A stretch of DNA of 64,000 nt. It comes from Octopus vulgaris. Taxonomy: Eukaryota. The stretch's first letter is position 1. Each line of letters starts with the position of its first letter. A program made the translations under genes and the position numbers. The notes below the pieces were generated by a model that saw nothing but the letters and a program-made list of their open reading frames with translations, searched no databases and was not told the DNA's origin. The stretch spans positions 28,396,001-28,460,000 of the forward strand of contig OX597821.1 in the NCBI GenBank assembly GCA_951406725.2. The letters are read 5' to 3'. Below are positions 14,767 to 29,123 of this stretch, one piece after another.

Positions 14767-15092
14767 TGACACTCCGTCGCTTTCGACGTCGAGTATTCCA
14801 GCTGAGCAGAGCAGCGAAATAGCCTGCTTCTGAAATTAACACACAGGAGGTTGAGCACATCACAGTCACGAGTACAATTAACGTAGTTTACAGGAAGGGT
14901 CATCATTACATAGAGTGTAACACGTTTTAGCCTTTGAAATACAGGTACTGCTCATTTTTGCCAGCTGAGTGGACTGGAGCCACGTGAAATATAGTATCTT
15001 GCTCAAGGAAACAACGCGTCGTCGGGAATTGAACTCTTGATCTTACGATCGTAAGCCGAATACTATAACAACACTAAACTACATGCTTTCCA
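14767..15092 (-). mobile_element. tRNA-derived SINE (TCCTTGAGCAAG-type body; 3' tail shared with family C)
   Basis: The reverse complement has A/B boxes ('tagtttagtg', 'gagttcaattccc'), then 'gttgtttccttgagcaagatact...gctccagtccactcagctggcaaaaatgag', then 'gtacctgtatttcaaagg'. Confidence 0.75.
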
Positions 15093-16589
15093 GTAGATAG
15101 TAATAGCTTCCTATATATATGTAGGAAAATAAATTTGGATTAGATAGCAAATAATTATGACCCAGGTTATAATTGCAGTAACTGAACTGAATGCAAAATT
15201 GATGACACGAGAGTTATGGAAGTTTCTTACAAATAATATTACACGATAACAGAAACAACAAACGAAAACCAGCTAAGTGCAAACAAAGGAAGTAAAATCA
15301 CATTATAGATGAAGGTATAGATTTAAGCTAATGGTAGAAATAAGAGTAATTATGTAATGGAGATATATTAAACAAGTATGAATATAGCGTTAAATATTAG
15401 GGCAAAATTCAACCTCGTATAGCTTCTGTGCATCCCTGTCTCTCTCTGTATATAAATATATTTTATGCGCATATATAGCTATATTCATGTCTCACTATTC
15501 ATAAGTACATGCACACATATATATAAAGAGAGAAAGGAAGAGTGAGTGAAGGAAAGAGAGAATGATCGATTTATATGTATAAATATATAGACAGATAACT
15601 TTGTATAAGTATATGGCTGAATACACGGATACATAGATGAGCAGGTAGATGTATGTATATATACACATATATACAAAGGGAAAACTGGAGAGAGACAGAA
15701 ATAGATTCGCATATAGATTAAGGAGAGAGAAATAGATAGTTGGATAAAAATTATATTTCTTCCCAGAATGCCTTAGTTATGGTTATTATTCATTAGTATA
15801 ACGGTTAATTGAAGATGAAATAGGAATACGTAGATTTACACCCAGTCACCCCCCACTCATTGTTTCTGTAATGATGTTAGAGGCTGGCGTGCACGTAAAA
15901 TTATCAATATAATAGATGGAAGCCACAAGAACTACTTAGCTCGGAACATTTATATTTGCATGATAAAATGTGTCATTAAAATGCGCGCACTTGAATCTAC
16001 TCTTATAATCTAAACTTTCTACGGAAATTATCAGAAAGCATATAATAATTATGCACATATATGTCTGTGTACGTTTGTGAGTACCAGAACACACACATAC
16101 ACACACACACACACACACGTGTATGCGTATGTATGGAATGTAGTGAAATGGATGTAAGTGATGCGTGTGAGAAAGAGGAGGCTATAAAAACAGTCACACT
16201 CAGGTCGCTTCTTCACAGCAGAATAAATGTTCATTTCTATACTCTATGAAATTACAACGAACATACTTTGTTCCGCTTTTCAGCAGTACACATGCCGCAG
16301 AACACAAATGGCATTATTATGTTATTGTCATATTTGGTAATAGCATAACATTATGACTTAATTTTCTTTTACTCTGTGTTCATTCTACAAGAAACTAGGA
16401 ATAAACTCTCTACATTGAATGCAAAATTCCGGATACGATTCTTAGTGGAATTGATTATACTTAAGCTGCTTCTTCATTTCACAAAATATGTATGCTGTTG
16501 CATTTATATTAGAAGTTTTATCTTAATTCTAGGTTGGTATCACTAAAAAAATAATTTAATCGTAACCTGCTGATGAGAATTTTATTGCA

Positions 16590-16780
16590 AATTGTCCTTC
16601 GCGCCTATAGCAGGTGACGTGGACAGCTCTCGGATTCCATCTTTGAGCCATCAGAAAATTAAGGACCTGCTATCTGGAGGTAAGTGAGGACTGTGCTAGG
16701 CAGAGGCTGATACAAATTATAAGAGAGCTGAATTCAATTGAGCAACGTGAAGATATGTGTGTTGTTCGAAAATACAACGC
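16590..16780 (+). mobile_element. Possible ancient mariner transposase 3' relic
   Basis: 'cctatagc..gacgtggacagctctcggattccatcttt' resembles decayed PYSPDLAPSDFHLF coding sequence. Heavily frameshifted. Confidence 0.35.
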
Positions 16781-17401
16781 TCCATATGTTCTGAGAATCG
16801 AAACATCGAACGCATGGTGAAGCACACACCCTAAACCCTAGCACACATAGAGACTTCATTTCCTTCCACGTAATGTTATTTTTCGTCTTTGCTTACTTGT
16901 GAATAAATTCTGTAAGCCTTTTGGAGACCACATCGAGACTGTTGTGTTTGATGATTTTAAGATGTCATGTAAACAGTCACAAGTAGACCTGTTACAAAAT
17001 CACATGTCACAGTATAGAAGAAATTTAGCGGGCGATGACGTGCAAGATGTAAGGGACAAGCAGTTAAGGGATCTGAAAGTTATGGAGGATTAGTTACAAT
17101 ACGGGTGATGAGAAGAGATGTGAATAACCAAAGAATTCCTGAGATCTGCCAACACACTATAACACAGGGTTTTATAGCAGCGGTGGAAAATTCACAAAGA
17201 AAATATACAGAATTTTGCAGGTGTTGATTGACTGGAACACCTCTGAGAAAATATTTTTGGACTAGGCTGCCAAATATATGTCTACTCTTGCTCTCGGTTC
17301 ATTTACCGAATAATATATAGCAAAGACTGCAGACTAAAGCATTTTAATGGTCTGCTGTATTGAGCGCTCATTCATTTTCGGTGACTGTTATATTATCAGG
17401 T

Positions 17402-17715
<314 letters not shown>

Positions 17716-18590
17716 CTAGAAAAAATGATTTCTCAAAACATTCATATACCGTCTGAAATAAAAGAACACATTTAATGTAGTGACCCGAAATTAACTGTCT
17801 ACAAAGAAAAAATATATATAAATGAATGCAGGATATTCAAAAGTAGAACGCCTTTGTTCATCAGTCTGGTCAATCACAATTAACAGAGGCCTCAACAACA
17901 ACAAAATAAATACTTCCAAGTATCATTATCTAAAATATCATCTATTATTCTCATTCCATATTACGTAATAACCTTTTACAAATATTACATTATAGCTGAG
18001 TTAATGTCCCTGCCTTATTTAGATTTATCTGTCTAGCTTCTAACTTCTAGTCCCTATGGTGCAGATTAAAGTAAGTACCATTCACTAGAATAAAGTAGTT
18101 TAACTATTAACAGATACTTATTTCGTTATGTGTGTTTTAGCTTAGATTTGAGGTGAAAGTTTCGGCATACTGCCCAATAGATGTATCTCGCTACTCGGCC
18201 ATGCCTATGAATATATTATATCTTTACTACGACTGATCAGACATAGATCAAATGGTTTATTATTTGTTAATGTCGATGCTTCAGTCTGCAGTTGACATTA
18301 CTAACTTGTTATTTTAATTTTGTCGTTCTTATTGGTCACATATTGATCTTGAGCAGCCATTAGTCTGCAGCTTTTCAGAAATTATTGGCCTTCATATTGG
18401 TAAAATTATGTATATTTTCTTGTTTTATTTTTATTATTCCTGTTAGACCGTGACGAGTTTTATTTTCTTTGCAATTATTTCTTTGATATGTTTAATATTC
18501 CTGTTTTTATTATTTTTATTATTTAATATTGGTATCATCATTAGCAAAGGCAACAACAGCAGCAATCTTCCTCTCCACCCTCCTTAATTC

Positions 18591-18612
18591 AATCATCCTC
18601 ATTATCATCATT

Positions 18613-18682
<70 letters not shown>

Positions 18683-18907
18683 CCATCATCATCGTCATCT
18701 TCATCATCATCATCATCATCGTGGTCATGTTCACGATCATCATCGTCATCGTCGTCATCTTCGTCATCATCATCGTCATCATCTTCATCTTCATCCTCAT
18801 CGTCATCTTCATGATCATTATCATCGTCATCGTCATCTTCATCATCATCGTTATCATCATCGTCATCATCATCCTCATTGTCGTCATCCTCATCGTCATC
18901 CTCATCG

Positions 18908-18995
<88 letters not shown>

Positions 18996-18996
18996 T
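18591..18996. repeat. (ATC/GAT)n compound trinucleotide repeat, about 400 bp
   Basis: Pure ATC runs at both ends with a variant-rich middle (gtc, ttc, ctc). Confidence 0.95.
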
Positions 18997-19850
18997 TATA
19001 TCATTATGGTAAGCAAAGGTAGTACTTAGTAGGGTTGGTAGGGTACCAAACAACTACAGAAAAACTGTATACATGTTCTTTAGCAAAATATGCATTTTAC
19101 GTAAACCGTAAACGCTTGCCGTTGAAACGAGCTTGCAACCTAAACAGATCTCCCAACAGTTATTCGTAAACCGTATCAATCACATGAAATACACGCTCTT
19201 CAGAAATGACTAGAATTATTCCTCTGTCAGAACATTGACTTTGATAGAAACTATATCTTTGGTTGAAAGTCGTGGCTTAAATTGAAATGGTTCTTCTTTT
19301 CCTTTATTTCTAAAGTAATAAGCAGGGTAGTGCAAATGTATTGTACGTATAATATGACTCATAGAGATATTTACTTTAAGTAGATTACCAACAAATGCAT
19401 CACTTTCAAGTTGGTATGAACTGATGGCATACACCATGGTTACGCTACTTGTGCTAAATGTCTATGTGGTAGCGAGCAGACATAGAGAATAGGCAACTTC
19501 TCGCATATCCACCCACAAACCATCTGAACCTCTGTAAGAAGAGAAAGAACTGACAGAATCGGTTTCTTCAAACTCATTTTTTTATTATTTTAAATTTGCT
19601 TTCTCTTATAGTCGGAATTTAATTTTATAATTTCAACCACGCTACTGTATGTAGCACTTTTGTTTTATTTTGCTCTAGCCTAACAACCATTTAACACTTC
19701 TTTGATCTCAACGAAATTTTCATACAATATTAGCTTATGTGTTCTCATTCGATCTATAAGTAAGATTTTAATCAATATTTTTTTTAATATATCAATATAA
19801 ACTAATACACGGTATCTCTTTATTTTATTAAATTCATTTTCTTGAATGTT

Positions 19851-19923
<73 letters not shown>

Positions 19924-19929
19924 TGATGA

Positions 19930-21800
19930 TGAGTGAAAATAAATGTTGAAGAAAACTCGAACGAGGAAATGAGAGAGAAATTATACAAATGCCTCGGGTA
20001 AGATATTTGGTGTGAACAATGAAATGTTCAGTGTTAGATATATCTGGGCAGAAGTACAAAGTAAACGAGTTTTGGACCCGGTGGAAGCAGAATACATAAG
20101 TGAGACAAAGGAGCTAATCATATCCAGTGCTAATGCTGTAGCTGGACATAGTAAGATACAAGTGAAAGACATTTGAAGAAAGGAAAGGGAAGGAAAAGAA
20201 AGGACCAAACTGGAAGAAGAGAATACGAATGAAGTTGGAAAAGGCATAGAAAGAACTGGGGTAATTAAATAGAAAATGAGTGAAACTCAACAAAGGAGCA
20301 TTACTCAGAAATTTGAACAGAAAGTACAGATTAAAAGAGAGGCAAAACAAACAGCACATTAAAAATTGTCACAAAGTGTGGTGGTGTTAAAGGGCACGTT
20401 TTAAAGATTTGACATTACATGCAAAAGTTTTGAACAGAATGGATTGTTTCAATCAAATACAAGATGTCTTTTAAACAAATGTAGAGGAGACAACATCCGG
20501 AAGTGATTCCTAAAGCGGAAATAGTAAAGCGTTTGCGGGAGAACATTGGAACAGCTCAGTTTGATATAACGAAAGTGCAGAGTGGATTACAGAGATGGAG
20601 AGACAACTTGCCAATATGAAGAAACAAAAATACATTGTGAGTAGCCAGTACTCAGTGAGACTGAGGTCGAAAAGTATCTGAAACTGGAATGGACAAGGCC
20701 GGATGGATTACAAATGTTTTGGCTGAATTTTACACAGTTGAATAAATGGATTGCAGTATATCTTGGTTGACGCCTAGAGCAGAGACACGTCCCTGCTTGG
20801 ATGACAAGTGGATGAACGTTGCTTAAACTTGAGGATCTCTTGGAAGATAAATTGGTGTCAAATTTTCGAGCAATAACCAATTTGCCACAATATGGAAGCT
20901 TATGACTGGTGTCTTTTCGGAAAGTTGTAACTTCATTTGGAAAGTAACGATTTGATTCTCAATGGATCAGGAGGTGTGCAAGAAGAAATTTAGGGCAACT
21001 GAAAACCAGACGTTAGTTCATAAGATGGTAATCAGAAATTACAGAAGCAGATTGGACTGATTGATGTAACATGGTTGTATTATAAAAAATGCATATGACT
21101 TGATGTCGCACAATTGGATAACGTAAAACAATAAACATGCTAGGAGTGTGGAAGAAAACATATGAATCAAAGTATGAAAAATTGGAACACTAGCTTGATT
21201 GGAGAGAACATCGGACGTTGCATATTCCAAGGAGATAGCCTATCTCCAATGTAATTTATATTGGTCATGATACCTTTAAGTCTGATATAATAACTCTAAA
21301 TAGCTTATGATTTGAGAAGAAAGTGTGGTCAGATAATTCATCTCCACTTCATGGATGATCTAAAGCTTTATATGAAACATAAGAAGCAACTGGGAAGTCT
21401 TGTCTATACTGCTCCCATTTGCTCATGTAATGTAGGAATAGAATTCGGGCTTGAAAAGTACTCTCTCTTGATGAAGAAATGGAGTTCATTTGAGGGAAAG
21501 CAGGGAATTAAAATGTCAGATATGCAAACACTGAAATCCTTTGAGAAAATACAGTGGCTTAAGTATTTTGGAATACCAGAGGCAAATGAAATAAAACACG
21601 AAACGATCGAACAAATTACATGTAGGGAGAATTCAAAGAGAGTGGGGGAAATATTGCAGTCAAAGCTACATTTAAGTTATGTTATTAACACAATAAAAGT
21701 AAAAGCAGTGCTAGTTATAAGACTTAGAATTGTGGATTGGACAAAAAGCGAAATGCTGAAATTTCCCAGAAAAACTACAAAGCTGAACAAGAACAGAGAT
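19930..21800 (+). mobile_element. Degenerate R4/Dong-like non-LTR retrotransposon (RT region)
   Basis: Follows (TAA)n at 19853-19921. Decayed RT motifs: PDGLQMFWL, FRAIT.LP..WKLMTG, YKKAYDLMSHNWI, IFQGDSLSP, HLHFMDDLKLY, IEFGLEK, KYFGI. Confidence 0.85.
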
Positions 21801-21989
21801 TATCAAAGAGACCAATACATTAAATTCCCACAAAAGAAATAGCTGCTTGGATAATGGTAAATTTTACTTTGTGTCGGGAAATTACTAATACTGTTAACGA
21901 AAATCTATATAGAAAACAGATCTAAACGACCTTGTATACAGCGCAGCCTCTGCCGCTGTCCAAACTCTTGGGGGTTAGAATTGAAAGCA

Positions 21990-24790
21990 AAGCAAATAAC
22001 AAGCCCCATGATAGGAATGGTGGCTTCAGAACCAAATTGAAGAGGGCAAGTCAGACCTTGGAAGGATATACAGAATCATAGGGAAGAGGGTAAAGAAACG
22101 ACTCAGGAACGAACTGTAAATGAAGTAGAACTTAAGACATACAGGACCGCAAGTAGATAAAGAGTAATTAAGACAAAGAATCAAAGCGATGTCGGGTAAC
22201 AAAACGAAATGGATGCCATCAGAAAACGAATCAGTACCAGCAGAATACACTCTTGAAGAACAACGGAAGAAAATTCTATAAACAACTGAACAAGGAAGGA
22301 GAGCAAAGGAGATAAACCAGATGCAAAAGCATTAAGAAAATTTGGAGGAGGAACTCTGAATCTAAGAAATCCAAGAGGCTATAAAAGCAGACTGGTTAGG
22401 AAATTTAAGAAAGAGAAATGGAAGCAGGAGTTACAGAAGTACATATAGCAATCACGGATAAGAAAATAAAGAAGAAATTACCAAATTCGAAACCTCCGAG
22501 ACCACATGAAGCCTTAGTTTCCTGTCCCCAAAACCTACCAAGTATACAAGTTATCTGCGACCGTTTTTTTAACTTAATGCATAGACAATGGAAAACAACA
22601 TAGATGACAAAAGGAAACACGGTGCAGATACAGTAAGACAATGAAAAGAGAGTGCAAGTCATCAATAATAGATTTATTACTTCCTTACATAACTCTGGGA
22701 ACTATTAAGTGGCCTCGTAGCAGAGGAAGTGTATAATGTTTTTGAAAACGAAAATCAATTGCCAGTGGAACGAAAGAGGATGTCGGAAGAAATCAAGGGG
22801 AACTGCTGAGCTGCTATAGATAGATGGCAGAATATTATATGAAGTACGAGAAAGGAAGAAGAATGTAGCTTTTGGATGGATTGATTACTGAATTACCTGT
22901 GACCATGTCCCGCGCTGCTCGCTTGTAGAGTGTCGAAAACGCTCGGACTCAATGAAAAGATAAACGACTTTCTAGAGAAAACAATGAGAGTGTGGTAAGT
23001 AGAACTGGCATGTGCTAATGAATCGTTATGTAACGTGAAAATACGCTGGGGTATTTTTCTAAGGACACCGTTATTCTGTCTCCGTTATTCTTCGTCATTC
23101 CGCTTATCCTGACAAGTATACTGAGAAAATTCAGGCCTGCCTCTGTGTTTACTGAGACTAAGATCATAATAAATCACCTTCATTATATGAATGACCTCAA
23201 GATATAACCAAAAAACGAAGAACACCTGGATTCTTTTTATACAAACCGTGACAATATTCATTAACGACGATGAGACGGAATTTGGGGTAGATAAGTGCGC
23301 AGTAATTATTATGAAGAGAGGCTGGAAATTAAACACTGATGGCATAAAGTTACCACAAGACAACAACATAAGAACGCTCTAGAATAATGAGGGGCATAAA
23401 TGTTTGGTGTATTGCAGGACGTTTCGATAACGGAATGAGTAGAGAGCGGGAAAGCCATTTCAGATTACAAGAGGGGAAATAGGAAGGAATGCGAAACAAA
23501 ATTGAAAGAAGGAACATCGTTAAGTCATAAATACATGGGATATGCCCGTATTGAGACTCTCTGCTCCCTGCTTTCTTTGTTCAAACAATGAAAGTTTTCA
23601 TTTACAGTATCAAAATTCATTTTGGGGCGGAGACGTCACTGTACTAATTATGAAGAGAGGTCGAAATATTAATCCTAATGGCATAAAATTACAAGACAAA
23701 ATCATTAGATCGCTGTAGAGTAATGAGGAGATAAATATCTAGGTATCCTGCAAGATGATATGATAATGATATCATAATTGAGAGAGAAAGTCACTAAAGA
23801 GTACAACATGAGAATAAGAAAGGTACTTGAAAAAATTTGAATTGAAAGAACTTCATGAAAACCATAAACGCATGGGCTATTCCTGTACTGAGATGCTCTG
23901 TTTCCTTTCTGCAATGGACTAAAGTTGAGCTACACAACTTGATTATAAGAAATAGGAAGTCCGTCACAATGCATAACGGACTCCGCTATACAAACAATAC
24001 TGAGCGACTCTACATGCCAAGGATGTAAGGTGGGAGTGGAATAACACTGCAAAATTGGGTCTGAAAAATTATATTGTGCAAAGTAAAGAAAGAATACTTT
24101 CAGCAGCTAGAAATATCGAAGCCCTTAGAAGAAATCTGTTGAAGTCAAATATCCTTAAAACACACTCAGACGGCATATATAAAATCTGGAGGAAAGGAAA
24201 CAAAAGTATCTTCAGCTTTCGATTGAGTGCAGTATACTAGCGCAGAGGAGTGTAAACGCAGAGATGACTGAATGCAATGGGTTGCTTGCTGCGTTTATGA
24301 TTTCCAAAGAAAAGGGGTATGAGTAAGAAGCGAAAGAGTGCGATAGAAAATAAGAATTACAAGAATTTGTGAGATTTCCTCATAAGGACTGAGCATACTA
24401 TTCAAGCAAGAATACCAGATAAGATTATAGAGAACAAACTCAATAAATGTGATTTATTTTGCAGTTCCGTATGATAGCAGAGTCGATACCAAAGTAATTG
24501 TAGAAGAATGGGAAATTTCATTATCTAGCCTGAGAGGTGATGTCACTGGAGAATCAAGACAATTAATGCTGTAGTAATTGGCGCATTTGAGAAAACACCC
24601 AAAATTCTATGTATTTGAGTGAAAGAGATTACAATTCAAACTGGCATTGTTGACCTGAAGAAATGTACCCCGATATTGTCTACAAGAAATATAATAGATT
24701 CTTGAGGCTTGAGGAAATTTGCCACCAAATATCGTGATATATTACCTGCTAACTAAATTAGCATGTGCAAGCGTTATAATGGTGATCATA
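21990..24790 (+). mobile_element. Degenerate R4/Dong-like element(s): second RT region through 3' end
   Basis: Motifs GCRKKSRGTAELL*ID, WIDY, INHLHYMNDLK, EFGVDKCA, ERLYMPR..GG.G, then a decayed REL region. Ends at (TAA)n near 24790. Confidence 0.75.
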
Positions 24791-24930
24791 ATAATAATAA
24801 AATTTTAATAATAATAATAACAATAATAATAATAATAATATTAATTTATTATTATTATTATTATTATTATTGTTGTTGTTGTTGTTATTATTATCATTAT
24901 TATTATTATTATTATTTCTACTGCAGAAAC

Positions 24931-25119
24931 AAGGCCTCGAATTTGTGGTGAGGGGACTAATCGATTACGTCGACTCCCGTGCTTCACTGGAATCTAATTC
25001 ATCGATCCCGAAAAGATAAATGTCAACCTCGGTGGAATTTGAACTCAGAACTTAAAGACAGACGAAATGTCGCTAAGCATTTCGTCCGGAGTACTAACAA
25101 TATTGCTAGTTCGCTGTCT
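24931..25119 (-). mobile_element. SINE family B copy
   Basis: The reverse complement matches the family B head and core ('gaatttgaactcagaac', 'gacgaaatgtcgctaagcatttcg' on the plus strand). Confidence 0.8.
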
Positions 25120-25124
25120 CTAAA

Positions 25125-26530
25125 GTAAACCTAAACAGACTTTATCTGAGAAGAAAGAATGGTGGCAGAGGACTAATTAGTATAGACCATTGTATAAGGC
25201 GTGGAAGGAGAACGCGTGCCGAGTATTTGATAAATAGTGATGAAGAACCGCTGCAATATACCGTGAAAGATATGGGTGTAAATGCAAATGAAATGATGGG
25301 CGAAGAGAAAAGAATACCTTCTTGAAATGAGATTGCATGGGCAGTTTGAAAGGAGCACACAAAATGTTAAGGATAATACAACATCGTTGGCATGACTTCA
25401 GCGTACTATCGAAAGCCTGCACAAGACCAGGTTCTCGCTACCAATTCAGTGAAGTATAACATCTATAAAACGTCTGACACCCAGAAATGCAGACTGTTGA
25501 AAGAGTGTTGAAAATATGATCTACTTGGTAAGCGAATGTCAGAGCCTTGCACAAAGAGAATACAGGCGCCGTCATGATAAGGTCTGTGTGTATCTATATT
25601 AGCTCTTATGCCCTAAATGCAAATATGAAGTAACAGAGAACTGGTATGAGCTTGTACCAAGTAAAGTTATGCAGGAGTATGGAAAGGTAATGATACTCTG
25701 AGACTATGATTTTCAGGTGGATCGTGTAATCGAGCACCGTCGACCGGATAGTGTCATATTGAATAACAGAGACAAATATTATCAGCTCATCGATGTAAGT
25801 ATACCAAATGACATACTCTTTTACTTTTTTACTTGTTTCAGTCATTTGATTGCGGCCATGCTGGAGCACCGCCTTTAATCGAGCAACTCGACCCCGGGAC
25901 TTATTCTTTGTAAGCCCAGTACTTATTCTATCGGTCTCTTTTACCGAACCGCCAAGTCACGGGGACATAAACACACCAGCATCGGTTGTCAAGCAATGCT
26001 AGGGGGACAAACACAGACATACACGCACACACATATATACATATATATATATACATATATACGACGAGCTTCTTTCAGTTTCCGTCTACCAAATACACTC
26101 ACAAGGCTTTGGTCGGCCCGAGGCTATAGTAGAAGACACTTGCCCAAGGTGCCACGCAGTGGGACTGAACCCGGAACCATGTGGTTGGGAAACAAGCTAC
26201 TTACCACGCAGCCACTCCTAAGTAAAGAGCTTGAAAAAATCATCAAGTACACCGAATTGAAACTGGAAATGGCAATAATGTATGGAATGCGAGAGGATGA
26301 TGTAAATGTGATACCAGTGGTGATCGGAGCGTTAGGCGCAATCCCATTGAAACTGCAAGACTTCTTAAGGCAACTGGAAATCCCATACAAAATTGATATC
26401 CTGCAAAAAGCAGCTTTTTTGGGCACAGCCCACATTTCAAGGAAAGTTTTATCTGTCTGATGTCCTTGTTTTGACTTAGTAGATGCCTAAAGACGGTGCA
26501 TTTTTACCTACACTGTGTTACAAAGGAATA
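25125..26530 (+). mobile_element. R4/Dong-like 3' portion interrupted by a SINE
   Basis: RLYLRRKNGGRGLISI, AQDQVLATNS, LVSECQSLAQREYRRRHDKV, RRPD, LIDVSIPND [SINE] SKELEKIIKYTELK...IPVVIGALG...LQKAAFLGTAHISRKVL*, then a short 3' UTR and taa repeats. Confidence 0.88.
25814..26219 (-). mobile_element. SINE family A inserted into the LINE endonuclease domain
   Basis: Reverse-complement copy of the 13685 element. Confidence 0.93.
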
Positions 26531-26536
26531 ATAATG

Positions 26537-27570
26537 CAAATTCGCAAAGGAACTTGGCATTAACCCTAAAATAGTTGAAGAACCTGAAACCCCTTCTGCA
26601 AAACAAGCAAAATGCATCCAGCAGACTCTATAAAGAAACAGGCAGAAATAAATCGAACGGCGATGGAGACAGAAGCTTCTGTATGGACAATATATACTTC
26701 GCAGTGAAAAGGCTGATTTAGATCAAGTAACAACCTATCAGTGGCTGAAAAGCTCAGGACTGAAAGCAGAGACTAAAGGCTTCATAGTGGCTGCACAAGA
26801 CCAAAGCTTGCTCGCAAGAAACTACCAGACTAACGTTCTTCAAAACGGTTTCGACCCTAAATGCAGATTCTGCGACACATTTCATGAAACAATAGACCAT
26901 CTCGTCTCGGGATGTCCTGTGCGGACACTAAACGAATATCAAATCGCCACGATAGGTTAGGACAGTATTTATATTAGAAAAAATGTAAATACTATAAAAT
27001 TAGCACTCCTCCTTACTGGTATGAACATCATCCTGAGCCAGTCGTTGAAGGTACAAATGTCAATATCTTCTGGGATTTTCCAGTCAATACTAACAGAACG
27101 ATCTAGGCTAATCAATCAGACATAATAATTAGAACAGGGAAGAATATACTTGTACACTAATAGACGTTCCCACTGATAAAAATATATCTCTAAAGGAATT
27201 TGAGGAACTAAGTAAATATAAGGACCTGGAAATTGAAATACAAAAGATGTGGCATCTTAAAACGAGAACTGTGCCTGGTATTGTCAGTGCCCTAACTATA
27301 ATGAAAAAAGGGATGTTAGAAACAGCTAGATTAGATCCCAGGGGAACTATGTCTCAAATAAATCCAAAATACTGTCCTAACAAGTACTGCTCATATTCCT
27401 AGAAAAATCCTATCAAGTTAAATGTATGTGTTGTATTGCATGCAGATATTTCACTAATTCCCCTGGTCAATTTTTCAGTCATATTGTAACTTCTCTTATC
27501 CTTCATTCCCCACAGAATGCTGGGTATGTCCCAGCAAGTGATTCTAACAAAGATGTAGATTAAAAGTAAT
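26537..27570 (+). mobile_element. R4/Dong-like 3' fragment (CCHC knuckle and REL endonuclease)
   Basis: QWLKSSGLKAETKGFIVAAQDQSL, CRFCDTFHETIDHLVSGCP, RHDRLG, IFWDFPVNTNRT, LSKYKDLEIEIQKMW, TAHIPRKILS. Followed by (TAA)n. Confidence 0.9.
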
Positions 27571-27583
27571 AGTGGTAATTATC

Positions 27584-27624
<41 letters not shown>

Positions 27625-27626
<2 letters not shown>

Positions 27627-27914
27627 AGATACCAGGAAACCCCCAAATGGCAGAAATTCAAAAGATAGTGCTCATGGGAACTGCTCATATCCTACGCAAA
27701 ATACTCTCTATGTAATCCCAAGGTTTAAAACAAACTTTTATTTATTTATTTATTTATTTATTTTTATGTATTAGACGTTCACTAGTACAACACCAAAAAA
27801 AAGGAAAAAAAAACCCCGAATATATGGCACAGAACTTCCAACCTGTTGTCTCTTGAGGTCTCTGGGTGAGACTTGGAGCCAACTTGTACATACATAAAGC
27901 AAAAGTCAAACATA

Positions 27915-27915
<1 letters not shown>
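27625..27915 (+). mobile_element. R4/Dong-like extreme 3' end (subfamily X)
   Basis: QIPGNPQMAEIQKIVLMGTAHILRKILSM* plus a 3' UTR ending 'aaagcaaaagtcaaacatag'. (TAA)n on both sides. Confidence 0.88.
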
Positions 27916-28010
<95 letters not shown>

Positions 28011-28161
28011 ATTTATTTATTTATTAATTTTTAAATACATATTTTATCTGTGAATTTGCTCGTGTAATCTGAGAATGCATACAATGAGCTTCTCTTTCGT
28101 AGGTGTATGGAAAACACTCGGCGAGAAATGGAAGAGAATTTGAAGAAAGAAGGAAAAAACA

Positions 28162-28210
<49 letters not shown>

Positions 28211-28212
<2 letters not shown>

Positions 28213-29123
28213 AATCCAAACTAAAAATAGAACAGCAACGAACCATGATAAAACGATGGCAAGAAAAGCCCCTTCATGGTAAATACTGGACTAAACTAAA
28301 CGCAAAAGAAATAGACAAAGAAAAATCCCAGCAATGGTTGAGAAGCTCAGGACTCAAAGCAGAAACAGAGGGATTTTTAATTGCAGCACAAGACCAAAGC
28401 CTCCCCACCAGAAATTACCAAAAACATGTAATGAAAAGAAATATTACGAGTAACTGCAGAATATGTGGAGATGGACAAGAAACAATAAATCATATTATCT
28501 CTAGCTGCCCAGTCCTGGCTAAGAAGGAATATATTCACAGACATGACAGAGTTGGAACTTACATACATTGGAAGCTATGCCAACATTATGGAATAACAAC
28601 AGAAAAAATATGGTATAGGCACACACCAGAAAAGGTCACAGAAAACGAGAAAGCAACCATACTCTGGGATATGTCGATACACACAGATAGAGAAATTAAG
28701 GCCAACAGACCAGATATAGTTGTCAGAGACCATGAAGAAAAAAATGCTTTCTAATTGATGTATCAGTACCGGCAGATGACAAAATGTCTCTAAAAGAAAT
28801 GGAGAAACTCTCAAAATACAAAGACCTGGAAAGAGAGGTAACTAGAATGTGGAATCTGAAAACAGAAACAATTCCTATCATAGTAGGTGCATTAGGCATG
28901 ATAAAAAAATATTCAGACAAATACATAACAAAAACACCAGGACTTACAAACACATATAACATACAGAAAATTGCACTACTAGGCACTGCACACATCCTAC
29001 GCAGAACACTTTCCATACAATAACCATCAGAGCATCACAACAAATCACAGCACATACCCAAGGCACACAGAGCTGCGCTCGGTAGTGAAGTGAAAGCACG
29101 CTATAAAAATAAAAATAAAACTA

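Noticed and set aside
25996-26460. 154-aa ORF as a host gene
   Set aside because: Chance fusion of antisense SINE sequence with the LINE endonuclease C-terminus.
28107-28754. 215-aa ORF with poly-Ile as a membrane protein
   Set aside because: The poly-Ile is the (TAA)n target, and the rest is a 5'-truncated retrotransposon ORF.
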